A stretch of DNA of 64,000 nucleotides from Microbacterium sp. (GCF_051953575.1 NZ_JBQCIP010000061.1:2808-66807); one strand, 5' to 3'; counted from the first letter of the stretch, positions 10,439 to 22,076 are shown. The notes: generated by a model not told the origin, from the letters alone. Made by a program: numbers and translations.

Positions 10439-10511
10439 GGCCCCATCGTTTAGCGGCCTAGGACGCCGCCCTTTCACGGCGGTAGCACGGGTTCGAATCC
10501 CGTTGGGGTCA
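10439..10511 (+). tRNA. tRNA-Glu (anticodon UUC)
   Basis: Acceptor GGCCCCA/TGGGGTC, anticodon loop cctTTCac, T-arm gggttcgaatccc. Confidence 0.9.
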
Positions 10512-10532
10512 CGCCCACAACTAAATAAGCAT

Positions 10533-10606
10533 GGCCCTGTAGCGCAGTTGGTTAGCGTGCCGCCCTGTCACGGCGGAGGTCGCGGGTTCAAGTCCCGTCA
10601 GGGTCG
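10533..10606 (+). tRNA. tRNA-Asp (anticodon GUC)
   Basis: Acceptor GGCCCTG/CAGGGTC, anticodon loop cctGTCac, T-arm gggttcaagtccc. Confidence 0.9.
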
Positions 10607-10678
10607 CTCCGAGCGACGGGCCCTTTTCTTGAAGAGGGCCTTTCGTCTAGGAAGCGGCAGATCTTGTATGTGCCGCTC

Positions 10679-10751
10679 GGCTCTGTAGCTCAGTTGGTAG
10701 AGCGTTCGACTGAAAATCGAAAGGTCACCGGATCGATGCCGGTCGGAGCCA
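10679..10751 (+). tRNA. tRNA-Phe (anticodon GAA)
   Basis: Acceptor GGCTCTG/CGGAGCC, D-loop agctcagttggtagagc, anticodon loop actGAAaa, T-arm cggatcgatgccg. Confidence 0.9.
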
Positions 10752-10754
10752 CTG

Positions 10755-10797
10755 AAACCCTCTCCTAGCTTCTACATGGAGGGGGTTTCTTCTTTTC
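10755..10797 (+). terminator. intrinsic terminator after the tRNA cluster
   Basis: Hairpin aaaccctctcc / ggagggggttt followed by the T-rich tail cttcttttcc. Confidence 0.7.
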
Positions 10798-10846
10798 CGC
10801 GGAATTACGCGGATCCTGGGCCGTGTTCGAGACAGGATCGACGGGC

Positions 10847-12011
10847 TCAACCGCGATCTGGAGGCGCCTCAGGCGGCGCACCGGAGCTGTCATCGTAGGG
10901 TTTTGCCCACGGTTTGCCCACGAATGAATCACGGGCTGCCCGATCGAGCGCGATCGAGACAGACGTCAGGTCCTCCGGAAAGAGGTCGGCGTAGACGTCG
11001 AGAGTCATCGCGGCCGACGCGTGCCCGAGCATCCGCTGCAGGATCTTCACGTTCGCGCCAGCGGAGATCGCGAGGCTCGCGGCCGTGTGGCGCAGGTCGT
11101 GCGGGGTGATCTGCGGGAAGCCGTTGGGTGATGCGAGGTGAAGCCGAGCGACCGCCGGACCGAACACTCGGCGCCGGAAGTTGCCTCCGCGGAGCACTGC
11201 GCCGGCGCTCGTGGAGAAGACGAGGTCGTACCGCCGCCCGCTGACGACGTGGTCGCTCATTCCCTCGTCCAGGAGGGAGGGGTACGGGACAGTGCGCTGT
11301 TCGTGCGCCTTCGGCGAGCCCCACACCAGCGTGCCGCGAACGTCGGCGACCGCCCTCCGTACGTGAACGATGCGATTCGCAAGATCCATATCCGCCGGGC
11401 GCAGGGCCGCCAACTCACCCCAGCGCAGACCGCTGTAGGCGAGGAACCGAATGAGCGTGCTCCACTCGGCGGTCTCGTCAGCGAGCGCGCGTACCTGAGC
11501 GTGACTCAGATACTGACGCTCTGATTTCGACAGCCGCGGGAGCTCGATGTCAGCAGCGACGTTGCGTGCGAGTCGCCCATCGCGCACGGCGAAGGCCAGC
11601 GCTCCGGACAACACAAGGTACACCTGACGCGTGGACGACGCGGAGAGTGTCGTGGAAAGGCACGCGACCCAAGACTGGACTCCGGCGTGGTCGATGTCGA
11701 CGATGCGAACGCCACCCCACTCGGGCAGCACATGTTTGTCGAGCGAGTTGCGGTAACCGGACCGCGTCGTCGGCTTCACGCGGATCTTGCTGGCATACCA
11801 GGCCTCCGCGACCTCCGAGAGGCGCACCCGGGAACGAGTCGGATCTACCCACTCCCCGCGGAGCTTCGACGTTTCGACCGTAGCGAGAAAGTTCTGAGCC
11901 TCCCGCTTGGTGCGAAACCCACGCTTGTCAGTCTGTTTGTTGTCCGGACGGCGGTAGCGCACCCTGTACCGGCGGCCCGACTTCGACTCGTAGGACTCGA
12001 CGCTTCCCCAT
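10847..12011 (-). mobile_element. tyrosine-type site-specific integrase next to tRNA-Phe; the N-terminus is disrupted by a 1-nt frameshift (or a sequencing error)
   Basis: ORF 10847..11962 carries HDLRHTAASLAIS and LGHASAAMTLDVYADLF (R-H-R-Y catalytic set). The conserved N-terminus WGSVESYESKSGRRYRV continues in frame upstream without a start codon. The ATG at 12011-12009 is one base out of frame, at a GGGG run. Confidence 0.85.
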
Positions 12012-12273
12012 GTGCACAGCGTAGCTCGCTCATGTTGAATGCATACAGAGTTAAGCAGCTTGGCCGTTCACGCGAAGAGAGTGGCCACCACGACATCGCG
12101 CTCAGCCTCCACATACGAGCAGGACCGATAAGGGAGACGGAGGGATTTGAAACTCGTCGATCGTACTCCTTTCCATGCCAGCACCGAATGCCGCTCTTAG
12201 ATGTAGGCGTCACGCTCGGCGGCCGCCACTGTCCTCAGATCCGCGATGGACTCGCCTACCTGAGGAATGGAGG

Positions 12274-13857
12274 TCAACCGCGACGGTACTCGCGGCGTCC
12301 GGCGATCCAGGTCTCGTCGACGGACGCGCCGCGCAGCTCGTCGTCACCTGCCAGCACGTCACGGTCGAGGACGACGAAGTCGGCGAAATGGCCAACGGCG
12401 ATGCGTCCAGTGCTGCCGGCACGGCCGTTCACGAAGGCGGATCCGCTCGTGTACGCGGCGAGCATCGCCGCCGGATCGAGCCGGTCGTGCTCCTCGATCT
12501 GCGCGCGCTCACCGGGCTCGGTGAGCATGCCGGCCACGGCTTGGACCGCCAGCAACGGGTCCGGTGAGGTCACCGGCCAGTCGCTGCCCGCAGCAAGCCG
12601 GGCGCCTGCGGCGAGCAGACGCCCGAAGGCGTACTCGCGGGTCTCGGGGTCTGCCGTCATCGTCGAGGCGTGTAGGTGGTCGTGCGGCACAGCCGAACCC
12701 GCCCAGAGTCCCTGGATGTTCGCGGTCACACCCAGCTTGGCGAAGCGGGCGAAGTCCTCTTCGGCAACGAAGAACAGGTGCGCGATGTGGTGGCGGCGCA
12801 CCGCACGCCCGTTCGCGGCGATCGCCGCCTCGACCGCGTCGAGCACCCAGTGCGTCGTCGCGTCGCCGTAGGAGTGGTAGTGCACGGTGAATCCGAGCGC
12901 GTCGAGCGCGACCGTCGCCTCGCGCAGCGCTGCGGCGTCCATGAACACCACATCGGTGCCGTCGACCATGATCTTGACCGTGTCGGCGACGATCCGGCTC
13001 GCTCCCGCGCTGCCCTCCAGAGCCGCCCGGCGGGCGACCAGGTCGGGGATCTGCGCGAGCCCCCGCGAGGCATCCCACCACAGTGCGGTCGTGAGCCGCA
13101 GCCTGAGCTCTCCGCTCCGCAGCAACTCGAGGTACGCCTCGTACTGATCGAACATGCCGAGACCGGTTCCGACGAGCGCGTCCTGCACCGAGGTGATGCC
13201 GAGCGAGAGCAGGTGCTCCTGCGCCTGCAGGATGGCGGTGGCGCGCTCTCGCACCGACAGCGCCGGCATCGCATCGCGCAGCGCCGCCATCGCCCCTTCC
13301 TCGACCATGCCGCTCAGTCGCCCGTGCGCATCGCGACGGAACACGCCGTCTTCGGGATCGGGGGTGTCGTCGCCGATGCCGGCGGCCTCAAGTGCAGCGC
13401 TGCTCACCCACATCCCGTGACGGTCGAACGGCGAGATGGCTGCGGGCCGGCCGCCGACGATCTCGTCCAACTTGTCGCGGCTCGGCCCCTCGGGGTACGG
13501 GAAGACCATGCGGTCCCATCCGCCACCGAGGATCCACGGCAGATCGGGGTTCGCGTCGGCGTAGGTTGCGAGCGCCGCGTACACCTCGCCGGGCGTCGTG
13601 AGTGCCGTGAGATCACAGGTCAGCAGGTCCTGGCCGCCCGTCCCCATGTGAATGTGCGCATCCTGGAAGCCGGGCACGAGGAGCCTGCCGGTGAGGTCGA
13701 CTCGTTCGGCGCCTTCGAGGTCCAGACCGCCGGCCGGCGCGACACCGGCGATGCGCTCGCCCTCGACCAGCACGTCCAGCGGACGCGATCCCGCGAATCC
13801 CTCGGTCCAAACCCGCCCGCCGACGAAGGCCGTCCTGTTCGGTGTCTCGATTTCCAC
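12274..13857 (-). CDS. amidohydrolase-family (Amidohydro_3-type) metal-dependent hydrolase
   Basis: Contains LLVPGFQDAHIHMG (HxH metal site) and a C-terminal DFVVLDRD motif. The start is set at GTG 13857, preceded by GAGAGGG. Confidence 0.8.
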   Translation of the reverse strand: MEIETPNRTAFVGGRVWTEGFAGSRPLDVLVEGERIAGVAPAGGLDLEGAERVDLTGRLLVPGFQDAHIHMGTGGQDLLTCDLTALTTPGEVYAALATYADANPDLPWILGGGWDRMVFPYPEGPSRDKLDEIVGGRPAAISPFDRHGMWVSSAALEAAGIGDDTPDPEDGVFRRDAHGRLSGMVEEGAMAALRDAMPALSVRERATAILQAQEHLLSLGITSVQDALVGTGLGMFDQYEAYLELLRSGELRLRLTTALWWDASRGLAQIPDLVARRAALEGSAGASRIVADTVKIMVDGTDVVFMDAAALREATVALDALGFTVHYHSYGDATTHWVLDAVEAAIAANGRAVRRHHIAHLFFVAEEDFARFAKLGVTANIQGLWAGSAVPHDHLHASTMTADPETREYAFGRLLAAGARLAAGSDWPVTSPDPLLAVQAVAGMLTEPGERAQIEEHDRLDPAAMLAAYTSGSAFVNGRAGSTGRIAVGHFADFVVLDRDVLAGDDELRGASVDETWIAGRREYRRG

Positions 13858-14505
13858 GTTTGACCCTCTCGTCGGTTCCCGGCTGTCGCAAACCGCAGCG
13901 GCTCCCGCACGCGCGACGTGGCACGTCCGAACGCGCGGGGCGTGCCCACTCTGCGCGAGATCGCAGACACCGGTCAACGGGCCGTTCCGTCAGGCGGCCC
14001 GAGAGCGCTTGCGCGCTACCTCAGGATCGAAGCGGGAAATCGCATTCCCCGCAACGCCTCGAGCACACGGACTTTGCGGACCTCGCCTTCCGGCCCCGAC
14101 CCCCGATGACGCGGTTGGCGTGCGGAGTCCGATATTGTCTTGTCCTTCCTTTCTGCTGCGGGTCTCGTGGCAGCTCGCCTCCGGGACGGAGGACTGCCGT
14201 CACAGCGCGAATCTCACGGCAGGGGACCGCGACATGAGGGGCGGACTCCGGCGGGTCGCCGAGGGTGAATTCGCATGAGCCCCGGGAACACTCGCGACAC
14301 CCCCCGACCGTCCACGGGTTCGGGACGCCAGCCGCCGAGGGTGCCGCGCGCCTCGGCGCGTAGCCGTGCGAGGAGGCGGTCCACCGACACCCAGACGCAA
14401 TCCGCCAGTCGGAGCCGAAACCGCTGCGGTCTTCACGTCGACGAGTTCGTCTCATCCGTCGCCACGGGACGTGGAAGCGCCGCCCAACGCGGCGCTCCGT
14501 CCGTC

Positions 14506-15792
<1,287 letters not shown>

Positions 15793-15920
15793 TGAACATC
15801 TCCTTCGACGTCAGCGGTGCGACGTTGCACCGCACCGAACTTACCTGAAAGATGATTCATACAACAGGTCTCGAGTTGATTACACGCCCGGACCGCCGCG
15901 CAGTCACGATGGGGGCCCCG

Positions 15921-16913
15921 ATGAGGAGCATTTGGTACGAACGAGCCGGCCAGGCACGCCAGGTGCTGCAGTACGGAGACCTGCCGACCCCCGCCCCCGG
16001 CCAGGGCGAGGTGCTTGTCCGGATCAGCGCGTCGGGCGTCAATCCTTCCGATGTGAAGGCACGGGCCGGAACTCGAGGCGGACGAAGCCGCCCTGCGTTC
16101 GACGTAGTCGTTCCGCACAGTGACGGCGCCGGGACCATCGTCGACAGGGGGCCTGGCGCGGAGCGATTCTCGGTCGGCGACCGGGTGTGGCTCTGCAACG
16201 GGCAGTGGCGCCGCCCGATGGGAACCGCTGCCGAATACATCAGCATCGATGAGAATCTTGTGTTCGCGCTGCCCGGTTCCGTATCGGACCGAGTCGGCGC
16301 GGCGCTCGGGATCCCTGCGTTGACGGCCTGTCATGCCGCGACCGGGTACGGCGATCTGTCCGGTCGCGTCGTCCTGGTGAGTGGAGGTGCGGGCACGGTC
16401 GGGCGACTGGCCGTCCAGTTCGCCAAGCACGCCGGCGCCTGGGTGATCGCCTCGGGGCGCACCCCGTCTTCTGAGGAAGCGATCCTCAGCGCGGGCGCCG
16501 ATGCATTCGTAAGTTACGAGAGTCCTTCGTTCGTTGACGACGTGCGGCAAGCGACGGGCGACCGGCCCGTGGACCATGCCATCGAGGTCGAGTTCGGCGC
16601 CAACGTGGACCGGCTCACGGGCCTGCTCGCCGACCGCGCGACCGTCGTGGCCTTCGGGTCGGCCCGGATGCAGACACCGCCCCTGCCGTTCTACGAACTC
16701 CTATTCAAGGGCGTAAGACTCGAGTTCCTCCTGGTGTATCTCCTGACCGACGAGGAGCGTCATGCCGCGGCGACTCGCGTCAACCAGCTTCTCGTCGCCG
16801 GGGATCTCGACGTTCGGGTGGACAGCGAGTTCGCGCTCACCGATTGCGCCTCAGCACACGAACTCGTCGAGCGCGGTGGTCATCGTGGCGCGGTGGTGCT
16901 CCGGGTCAACTAG
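15921..16913 (+). CDS. NADPH:quinone oxidoreductase / zinc-type MDR family dehydrogenase
   Basis: ORF 15852..16913 trimmed to MRSIWYERAGQARQVLQYGDLPTPAPGQGEVLVRISASGVNPSD.... Contains VLVSGGAGTVG, a Rossmann motif. Confidence 0.8.
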   Translation: MRSIWYERAGQARQVLQYGDLPTPAPGQGEVLVRISASGVNPSDVKARAGTRGGRSRPAFDVVVPHSDGAGTIVDRGPGAERFSVGDRVWLCNGQWRRPMGTAAEYISIDENLVFALPGSVSDRVGAALGIPALTACHAATGYGDLSGRVVLVSGGAGTVGRLAVQFAKHAGAWVIASGRTPSSEEAILSAGADAFVSYESPSFVDDVRQATGDRPVDHAIEVEFGANVDRLTGLLADRATVVAFGSARMQTPPLPFYELLFKGVRLEFLLVYLLTDEERHAAATRVNQLLVAGDLDVRVDSEFALTDCASAHELVERGGHRGAVVLRVN

Positions 16914-17577
16914 GCTGCATTCCTCTCTCGGAGCGAGTACATCAACGCACCACAGAACGCGACAACCCGCCCGCCCGGACCGAGTGCAACAAGGCAAAGA
17001 TCTACAGCCCGGAGTCGGCTGTGTCCACAGGTTGACGATCAGGAACACGCAACAGGGTTGCGGCGATCACCCCTGTCCCCCAGCGCCGTTGCTGGCTCGC
17101 GAGAGCGCCATCGACGCACCGAAAGCACCGGAGGAGGACGACCGCCCTCGCGCCCGGTTCAACGAGTGGCGCTGCGCGCGTAGGACGCCTCAGAGGAACT
17201 GCTTCCCTCCTCGGTCACGGTCGCCTGGATGCCAGACCACGTCGTGGCTGTCGTATCTGTGCGCGGCTCGGGCAGGACCAGCCGGGCAACGGGTGTCTCA
17301 TGTGTCGCGCCGCGGACGTGCAGAACGCCGTTGTCTCCGCGGACGACGGGAAGTGGCCGTCGCACGGCAACGAGACACCCGCGGAGCGAGACCGCACCAA
17401 CGGAACAGGCGACAAACCTCTCACTCGAGAGCACCGCGGGTGTCCTCGTTGGCGCCGTATTTCGTCGTACGTCGCCCGATGACGGCTCGATCCAATCCGG
17501 CTTACGAACGCATGTTTTGATCGTCGGCGTCTACCGATAAGACGCCATTGACCTGACATCAATCCCAAGGGTTCGCC

Positions 17578-17937
17578 ATGTCCTCTTCTCTTGCGCTTTC
17601 ACGCACCCTCGACCGCCGTGACCACGGTGCGCCGACCGCGGGCGTCGCGTTTGCCGACGTGTCGAAGACCTTCGACGACGGAACGCGCGCCCTCCAGCCG
17701 ACGAGCTTCTCGATCGAGCCGGGCGAGTTCGTGTCGCTGATCGGCCCCTCGGGCAGCGGTAAGTCCACCGTGCTGCGCCTGGCCGCCGGCCTCGACGAGC
17801 CCACCACCGGCAGCGTCGGCATCGACCGCGACCGGATCGGCTACGTGTTCCAGGACCCGACCCTTCTGCCGTGGCGCAGCGTGCAGCGCAACGTCGAGCT
17901 GCTCATGGAGATCGACGGCGTCGACAAGCGCACCCCG
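17578..17937 (+). pseudogene. 3'-truncated ABC transporter ATP-binding gene (NitT/TauT-type); only about the first 120 codons remain
   Basis: Walker A GPSGSGKST and Q-loop YVFQDPTLLPWRSV are present. There is no LSGGQ signature or Walker B. After ...EIDGVDKR the frame runs antisense into the cupin gene. Confidence 0.6.
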
Positions 17938-18230
17938 CGCCAGTCGCCCATCGTGATGGTCACCCCGGGGCCGAGCGGGAGGACCGACCCACTCTCGTGG
18001 ACGAGCTCGCCATCTCCTTCCACGATCTGCATGAACTCCACGTACCCGATGTGCTCCGTGGTGAACTCCCCCTCCGTCACGCGCCAGAGGCCGACTTCGG
18101 AGTCGCCCACCCTCCCGGTGGCGATTGTCGATGTTCTCGGTGCGCCCCGGAGCACCCGCTCGGGAGCGATCGGCTCATACGGCGGCCACGGCGTGCCTGC
18201 CAAGACGTTGTGAGTGATCTCGATACTCAC
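17841..18230 (-). CDS. small cupin-domain protein (DUF861/cupin_3-like); the C-terminus is probably replaced at the junction with the ABC fragment
   Basis: Contains GLWRVTEGEFTTEHIGYVEFMQIVEGDGELVHESGSVLPLGPG (cupin beta-barrel pattern). The last about 30 aa are the antisense of the ABC fragment. Confidence 0.5.
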   Translation of the reverse strand: MSIEITHNVLAGTPWPPYEPIAPERVLRGAPRTSTIATGRVGDSEVGLWRVTEGEFTTEHIGYVEFMQIVEGDGELVHESGSVLPLGPGVTITMGDWRGVRLSTPSISMSSSTLRCTLRHGRRVGSWNT

Positions 18231-18485
18231 GGCTCTCCTCTGCTCCGTGTCGGATGCGTGTGGTCACACGCCGCTCCTACTCGGGTCCGCCCGCCGCTGC
18301 CGGTTCCGTTCCTCGGGACGCGGACCGTGTCGAGTTCACGGCATCGGGAGGGTTCGAAACGACTCGTTCAACACTGCTGGCGTAGAAGCTGTGCGGTTTC
18401 GCCGCGGGAATCGGTCGCGCACCGACTCGCGTTTCATGACGTGCTGGCGACCACGCCAGTGACCGAAAGGGCCTGAACGTCGCTG

Positions 18486-19496
18486 TCAGCGCACGATGAG
18501 ACGAGGCTCAACGAGGACGTGTGCATGGCCGGGCGTGGCGGGCCGCGGGGAGATGATTCTTCCAGTGTTTCCCATGAGCAACTCGATCGCCCCGGCTGCC
18601 ACGCGTTCCGGAAGCTGCTCGACGCTGCTCAGACCCAACGCCTCCACCACGGGGGTGTTGTCGAATCCCACCACCGGCAGCCCCGCGACACGCGCATCCG
18701 CGGTCGCGAGGTGGGCTCCGATGGCGAGCGAGTCACTCGCACACACGATGCCGTCGACCATTCCCAGGCTGTCGAGGCAGTCGGCGACCAACGCTCGAGC
18801 ATGCGCGACGTCTTCCTCGCACACCAGACGCTCGCCACGCGCACCCGCATCGTCCATGGCCTCTCGCCACCCGCGCTCCCGGTCGTCCCCCGTGCCGGAG
18901 CCTGCTGGCCAGCCCAGAAATGCGATCCGGGATCCGGCGCGCCCAAGCAGGTGACGGGTTGCGGCACGGGTACCGGCGGCGCCGTCGACGTCAACCCAGA
19001 GATGCGAGGGCGCACTGAAGTCGTCTTCACCCCACGGCCGCCCGAACGCCACGAATGGGACGTCCCTCTCAGCGAGCCATCGCGTGCGCGGATCACCGTG
19101 AAATGTACCCGTGATCACGACTGCGTCAATCTCACCTCCGTCAGTCAGTTCCCGCATCCTCGCGATCTCCTCAGCAGGAGACCGCGCCGCGTAGAGTTGG
19201 ATGCGCATCCCGCGGTCACCCGCCTGCTCTGTGAGGGCATGCACGAACCGGTCGAGCACCACGCCTGAAATGCCGCCGGCATACGGGTCGAGGTGAATCC
19301 CGATCGTCGAGCTCCGCTGCGTGCGCAACTGCCGCGCGGCGACGTGAGGACGGTACCCAAGCTCTGCGATTGCGCGACGCACCCTCAGTCGAGTCTCCTC
19401 CCTGACGATGTCGGGCGCGTTGAGCACATTCGACACTGTTTGTCTCGAGACACCCGCTGCGCGAGCCACGTCTTCGACTGTCGGCGCTTTTGACAT
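18486..19496 (-). CDS. LacI-family transcriptional regulator
   Basis: N-terminal HTH TVEDVARAAGVSRQTVSNVLN followed by a periplasmic-binding-fold sugar sensor domain. Confidence 0.9.
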   Translation of the reverse strand: MSKAPTVEDVARAAGVSRQTVSNVLNAPDIVREETRLRVRRAIAELGYRPHVAARQLRTQRSSTIGIHLDPYAGGISGVVLDRFVHALTEQAGDRGMRIQLYAARSPAEEIARMRELTDGGEIDAVVITGTFHGDPRTRWLAERDVPFVAFGRPWGEDDFSAPSHLWVDVDGAAGTRAATRHLLGRAGSRIAFLGWPAGSGTGDDRERGWREAMDDAGARGERLVCEEDVAHARALVADCLDSLGMVDGIVCASDSLAIGAHLATADARVAGLPVVGFDNTPVVEALGLSSVEQLPERVAAGAIELLMGNTGRIISPRPATPGHAHVLVEPRLIVR

Positions 19497-19523
19497 GGGC
19501 CCCTTCACTGGCACCGCGTGTTC

Positions 19524-19541
19524 TGATCGTTCAAATCGTTA
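19524..19541. promoter_or_regulatory. candidate LacI operator 1
   Basis: tgatcgttcaaatcgtta lies in the divergent lacI / ABC intergenic region and shares a 13-nt core with the second site. Confidence 0.45.
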
Positions 19542-19610
19542 TCCTATGGCCACGACGAACCGGTTGACAGCCTCGCTGGGGGTTTTCTATGGTGACTTGA
19601 TGACGCTCTT

Positions 19611-19632
19611 TGATCGTTCAAATTACGATCGA
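19611..19632. promoter_or_regulatory. candidate LacI operator 2
   Basis: tgatcgttcaaattacgatcga contains the inverted arms GATCGT/ACGATC and ends 54 nt upstream of the SBP start codon. Confidence 0.45.
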
Positions 19633-19685
19633 AGCCGACGCACCCGCGTCGATCTCGTCACAACTCATCGAAGGGGAAGAGTCAA

Positions 19686-20939
19686 ATGACACGGCACACC
19701 ACTCGCGCTCTGCTTGGCGGCGGCGCAATGCTCGTCACCGCCACGCTCGGCCTGACCGCCTGCGGCTCGGGGTTCAGCGGAGGCGACGACACCGCCTCGG
19801 GCGAGTTCACCTCCAGCGACGACGCGCTCACGATCCTCATCGGGTCGTCGGGCGAAGCCGAGACCGCCGCCGTCGAGGACGCCGTCGCCGCCTGGTCGGC
19901 CGAATCCGGCGTCGACGCGAAGGTGCAGGTGGCCAACGACCTGCCGCAGCAGCTGTCCCAGGGATTCGCGGCCGGCACCCCAGCCGACCTGTTCTACCTC
20001 GCCACCGAGGCGCTGGCGGGCTACGCCGGCAACGGCTCCCTCAAGGCCTACGGCGACCAGCTCGAGAACAAGGACGACTTCTACCCGTCGCTCGTGCAGA
20101 ACTTCACCTACGACGACGAATTCTACTGCGCACCCAAGGACTTCTCGACGCTGCAGCTCATCATCAACAAGGGACTGTGGGATGCCGCGGGCCTGACCGA
20201 TGCCGACATCCCGACCACGTGGGACGAGCTCGCGACCGTCGCGGCCACGCTCACGAAGGACGGCGTGACCGGCCTGTCGTTCGGGCCGGAGTACCAGCGC
20301 ATCGGCGCGTTCATGGCGCAGGCGGGCGGCAAGCTCGTCAGTGAGAACGGCACCGAAGCGGTGGCCGACAGCGCCGAGAACGTCGAGGCGCTCACCTTCG
20401 TGCAGGAGCAGCTGGCTGCGGGCACCTTCGCGTACGCGTCCGACCTCGGTGCGGGCTGGGGCGGCGAAGCGCTCGGCAAGCAGCTGTCGGCGATGACGAT
20501 CGAAGGCAACTGGATCACCGGCGCGATGACGAACGACTTCCCCGAGGTCGACTACACCGTCGCCGAGCTGCCCGCGGGCCCCGAGGGCAAGGGCACTATG
20601 CAGTTCACGAACTGCTGGGGCATGGCCGCCGACAGCCCCAACCAGAAGGCCGCACTCGACCTCGTCGAGTACCTGACCAGCGCCGAGCAGCAGCTGGCGT
20701 TCTCGGAGGCGTTCGGCCCGATGCCGTCCGTCGAGTCCGCCGCCGACGACTGGACGGCCGCGAACCCGGAGCTGTCCGCGTTCCTCGCCGGCGCCGACTA
20801 CGCGCAGGGCGTGCCCACCAACGACGGCGTCACCGCGGTCATCTCGGACTTCAACGCCCAGCTCGAGGGCCTGAAGACCGGCGACCCGCAGCAGATCCTC
20901 GACACCGTGCAGGGCAACCTCGAAGCGGTCGTGGGCTAG
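19686..20939 (+). CDS. sugar ABC transporter substrate-binding lipoprotein
   Basis: Lipobox LGLTAC and a family-1 extracellular solute-binding fold. Confidence 0.9.
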   Translation: MTRHTTRALLGGGAMLVTATLGLTACGSGFSGGDDTASGEFTSSDDALTILIGSSGEAETAAVEDAVAAWSAESGVDAKVQVANDLPQQLSQGFAAGTPADLFYLATEALAGYAGNGSLKAYGDQLENKDDFYPSLVQNFTYDDEFYCAPKDFSTLQLIINKGLWDAAGLTDADIPTTWDELATVAATLTKDGVTGLSFGPEYQRIGAFMAQAGGKLVSENGTEAVADSAENVEALTFVQEQLAAGTFAYASDLGAGWGGEALGKQLSAMTIEGNWITGAMTNDFPEVDYTVAELPAGPEGKGTMQFTNCWGMAADSPNQKAALDLVEYLTSAEQQLAFSEAFGPMPSVESAADDWTAANPELSAFLAGADYAQGVPTNDGVTAVISDFNAQLEGLKTGDPQQILDTVQGNLEAVVG

Positions 20940-20942
20940 CCC

Positions 20943-22076
20943 ATGACCGCGGCCACGTCGGCGTCGCCCCGCGTCCGGAGGCCCCAGCAGGGCCTCCGGC
21001 GCGGGGAGGCGCTCGCGGGGTGGATATTCACCCTGCCCGTCCTGATCATCCTGGGCGTCTTCCTGCTCATCCCCGTGCTGATGGCGCTGTGGGTCAGCTT
21101 CTCCGATTGGTCGGGGCGCGGCAGCCCGCTGTCGCCGAACGTGCAGTTCGTCGGGCTGGAGAACTACGCCGCCATCACCGTCGACGGCGGCCTGCCCACC
21201 CGGGACTTCGGCACGGCGCTGCGCAACAACGCCTGGTACGTGCTGCTCGTCGTGCCGTTGCAGACGGCACTCGCGCTGTTCCTCGCGGTGCTCGTCAATC
21301 GCGCGATCCTGAAGGGCCGCGGCCTCTTCCGCACCGCTTTCTACTTCCCCTCCGTCACCAGCTCGGTCGCGATCACAGTGCTGTGGCTATTCCTGTTCTC
21401 GGCGACCGGCGTCGTGAACGAGATCCTCTCGTGGCTGGGTCTGAACGGGCCGAACTGGTTCCAGAACCCCAGCGGCATCATCCACAACGCCCTCGCCTCG
21501 GTCGGCATCACGACCGGCCCCGCCTTCCTGACCGAGAACGACTTCCTCGGCCTCTCCTGGTGGGACTGGCTCTCGGGCCCGTCCGTGGCGATGAGCGCCT
21601 TCATCCTGATGGCCGTGTTCACGACGAGCGGCACGTTCATGCTGTTGTTCATCGCCGCCCTGCAGAACCTCAGCGGCGAGGTTCAGGAGGCCGCGATGAT
21701 GGACGGCGCGAACGGATGGCAGCGCTTCTGGAGGATCACCCTCCCCCAGCTGCGCCCGACGCTGTTCACCGTCCTCACCCTCGGACTCATCGGCTGCTGG
21801 CAGGTCTTCGACCAGATCTACACCGGCACCCAGGGCGGCCCCGCGAAGACCACGATGACCCCGGCGTACCTGTCGTACTCGTCCGCATTCCTCGACCAGG
21901 ACTGGGGACGGGGCGCGGCGATCGCCTTCATCCTGTTCGCCATCGTCATCGTGTTCGCCACCTTCCAGCGCTGGGTGCTGCGTGACCGACCGGTCTCGAA
22001 GCGCCGCATCCGCCAGTACCAGGTCGTGACGAGGCATCCCTCGCCCGCCGCGCCCGAGAAGGAGGCGACGCGATGA
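20943..22076 (+). CDS. sugar ABC transporter permease (MalF-like)
   Basis: Multi-TM protein with an EAA-type loop EAAMMDGANGWQRFWRITLP. Confidence 0.9.
   Translation: MTAATSASPRVRRPQQGLRRGEALAGWIFTLPVLIILGVFLLIPVLMALWVSFSDWSGRGSPLSPNVQFVGLENYAAITVDGGLPTRDFGTALRNNAWYVLLVVPLQTALALFLAVLVNRAILKGRGLFRTAFYFPSVTSSVAITVLWLFLFSATGVVNEILSWLGLNGPNWFQNPSGIIHNALASVGITTGPAFLTENDFLGLSWWDWLSGPSVAMSAFILMAVFTTSGTFMLLFIAALQNLSGEVQEAAMMDGANGWQRFWRITLPQLRPTLFTVLTLGLIGCWQVFDQIYTGTQGGPAKTTMTPAYLSYSSAFLDQDWGRGAAIAFILFAIVIVFATFQRWVLRDRPVSKRRIRQYQVVTRHPSPAAPEKEATR

Noticed and set aside
14404-14422. gccagtcggagccgaaacc resembles the tRNA-Phe 3' end plus flank (gccggtcggagccactgaaacc, 10738-10759) and could be an attR remnant delimiting a 3.7-kb islet.
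   Set aside because: The shared exact core is only 9 nt (gtcggagcc), and the same 9-mer also occurs inside ftsH at about 5363. It cannot be told apart from chance without a computed search and comparison with an empty site.
16914-17577. 660-bp gap with several 60-120-aa ORFs (for example 17159..17434 -, 17229..17540 +) that might be genes or an ncRNA.
   Set aside because: No motifs, SD sequences or conserved structures were recognisable by eye. It is most likely decayed DNA associated with the adjacent truncated ABC gene. It needs BLASTX before anything is called.
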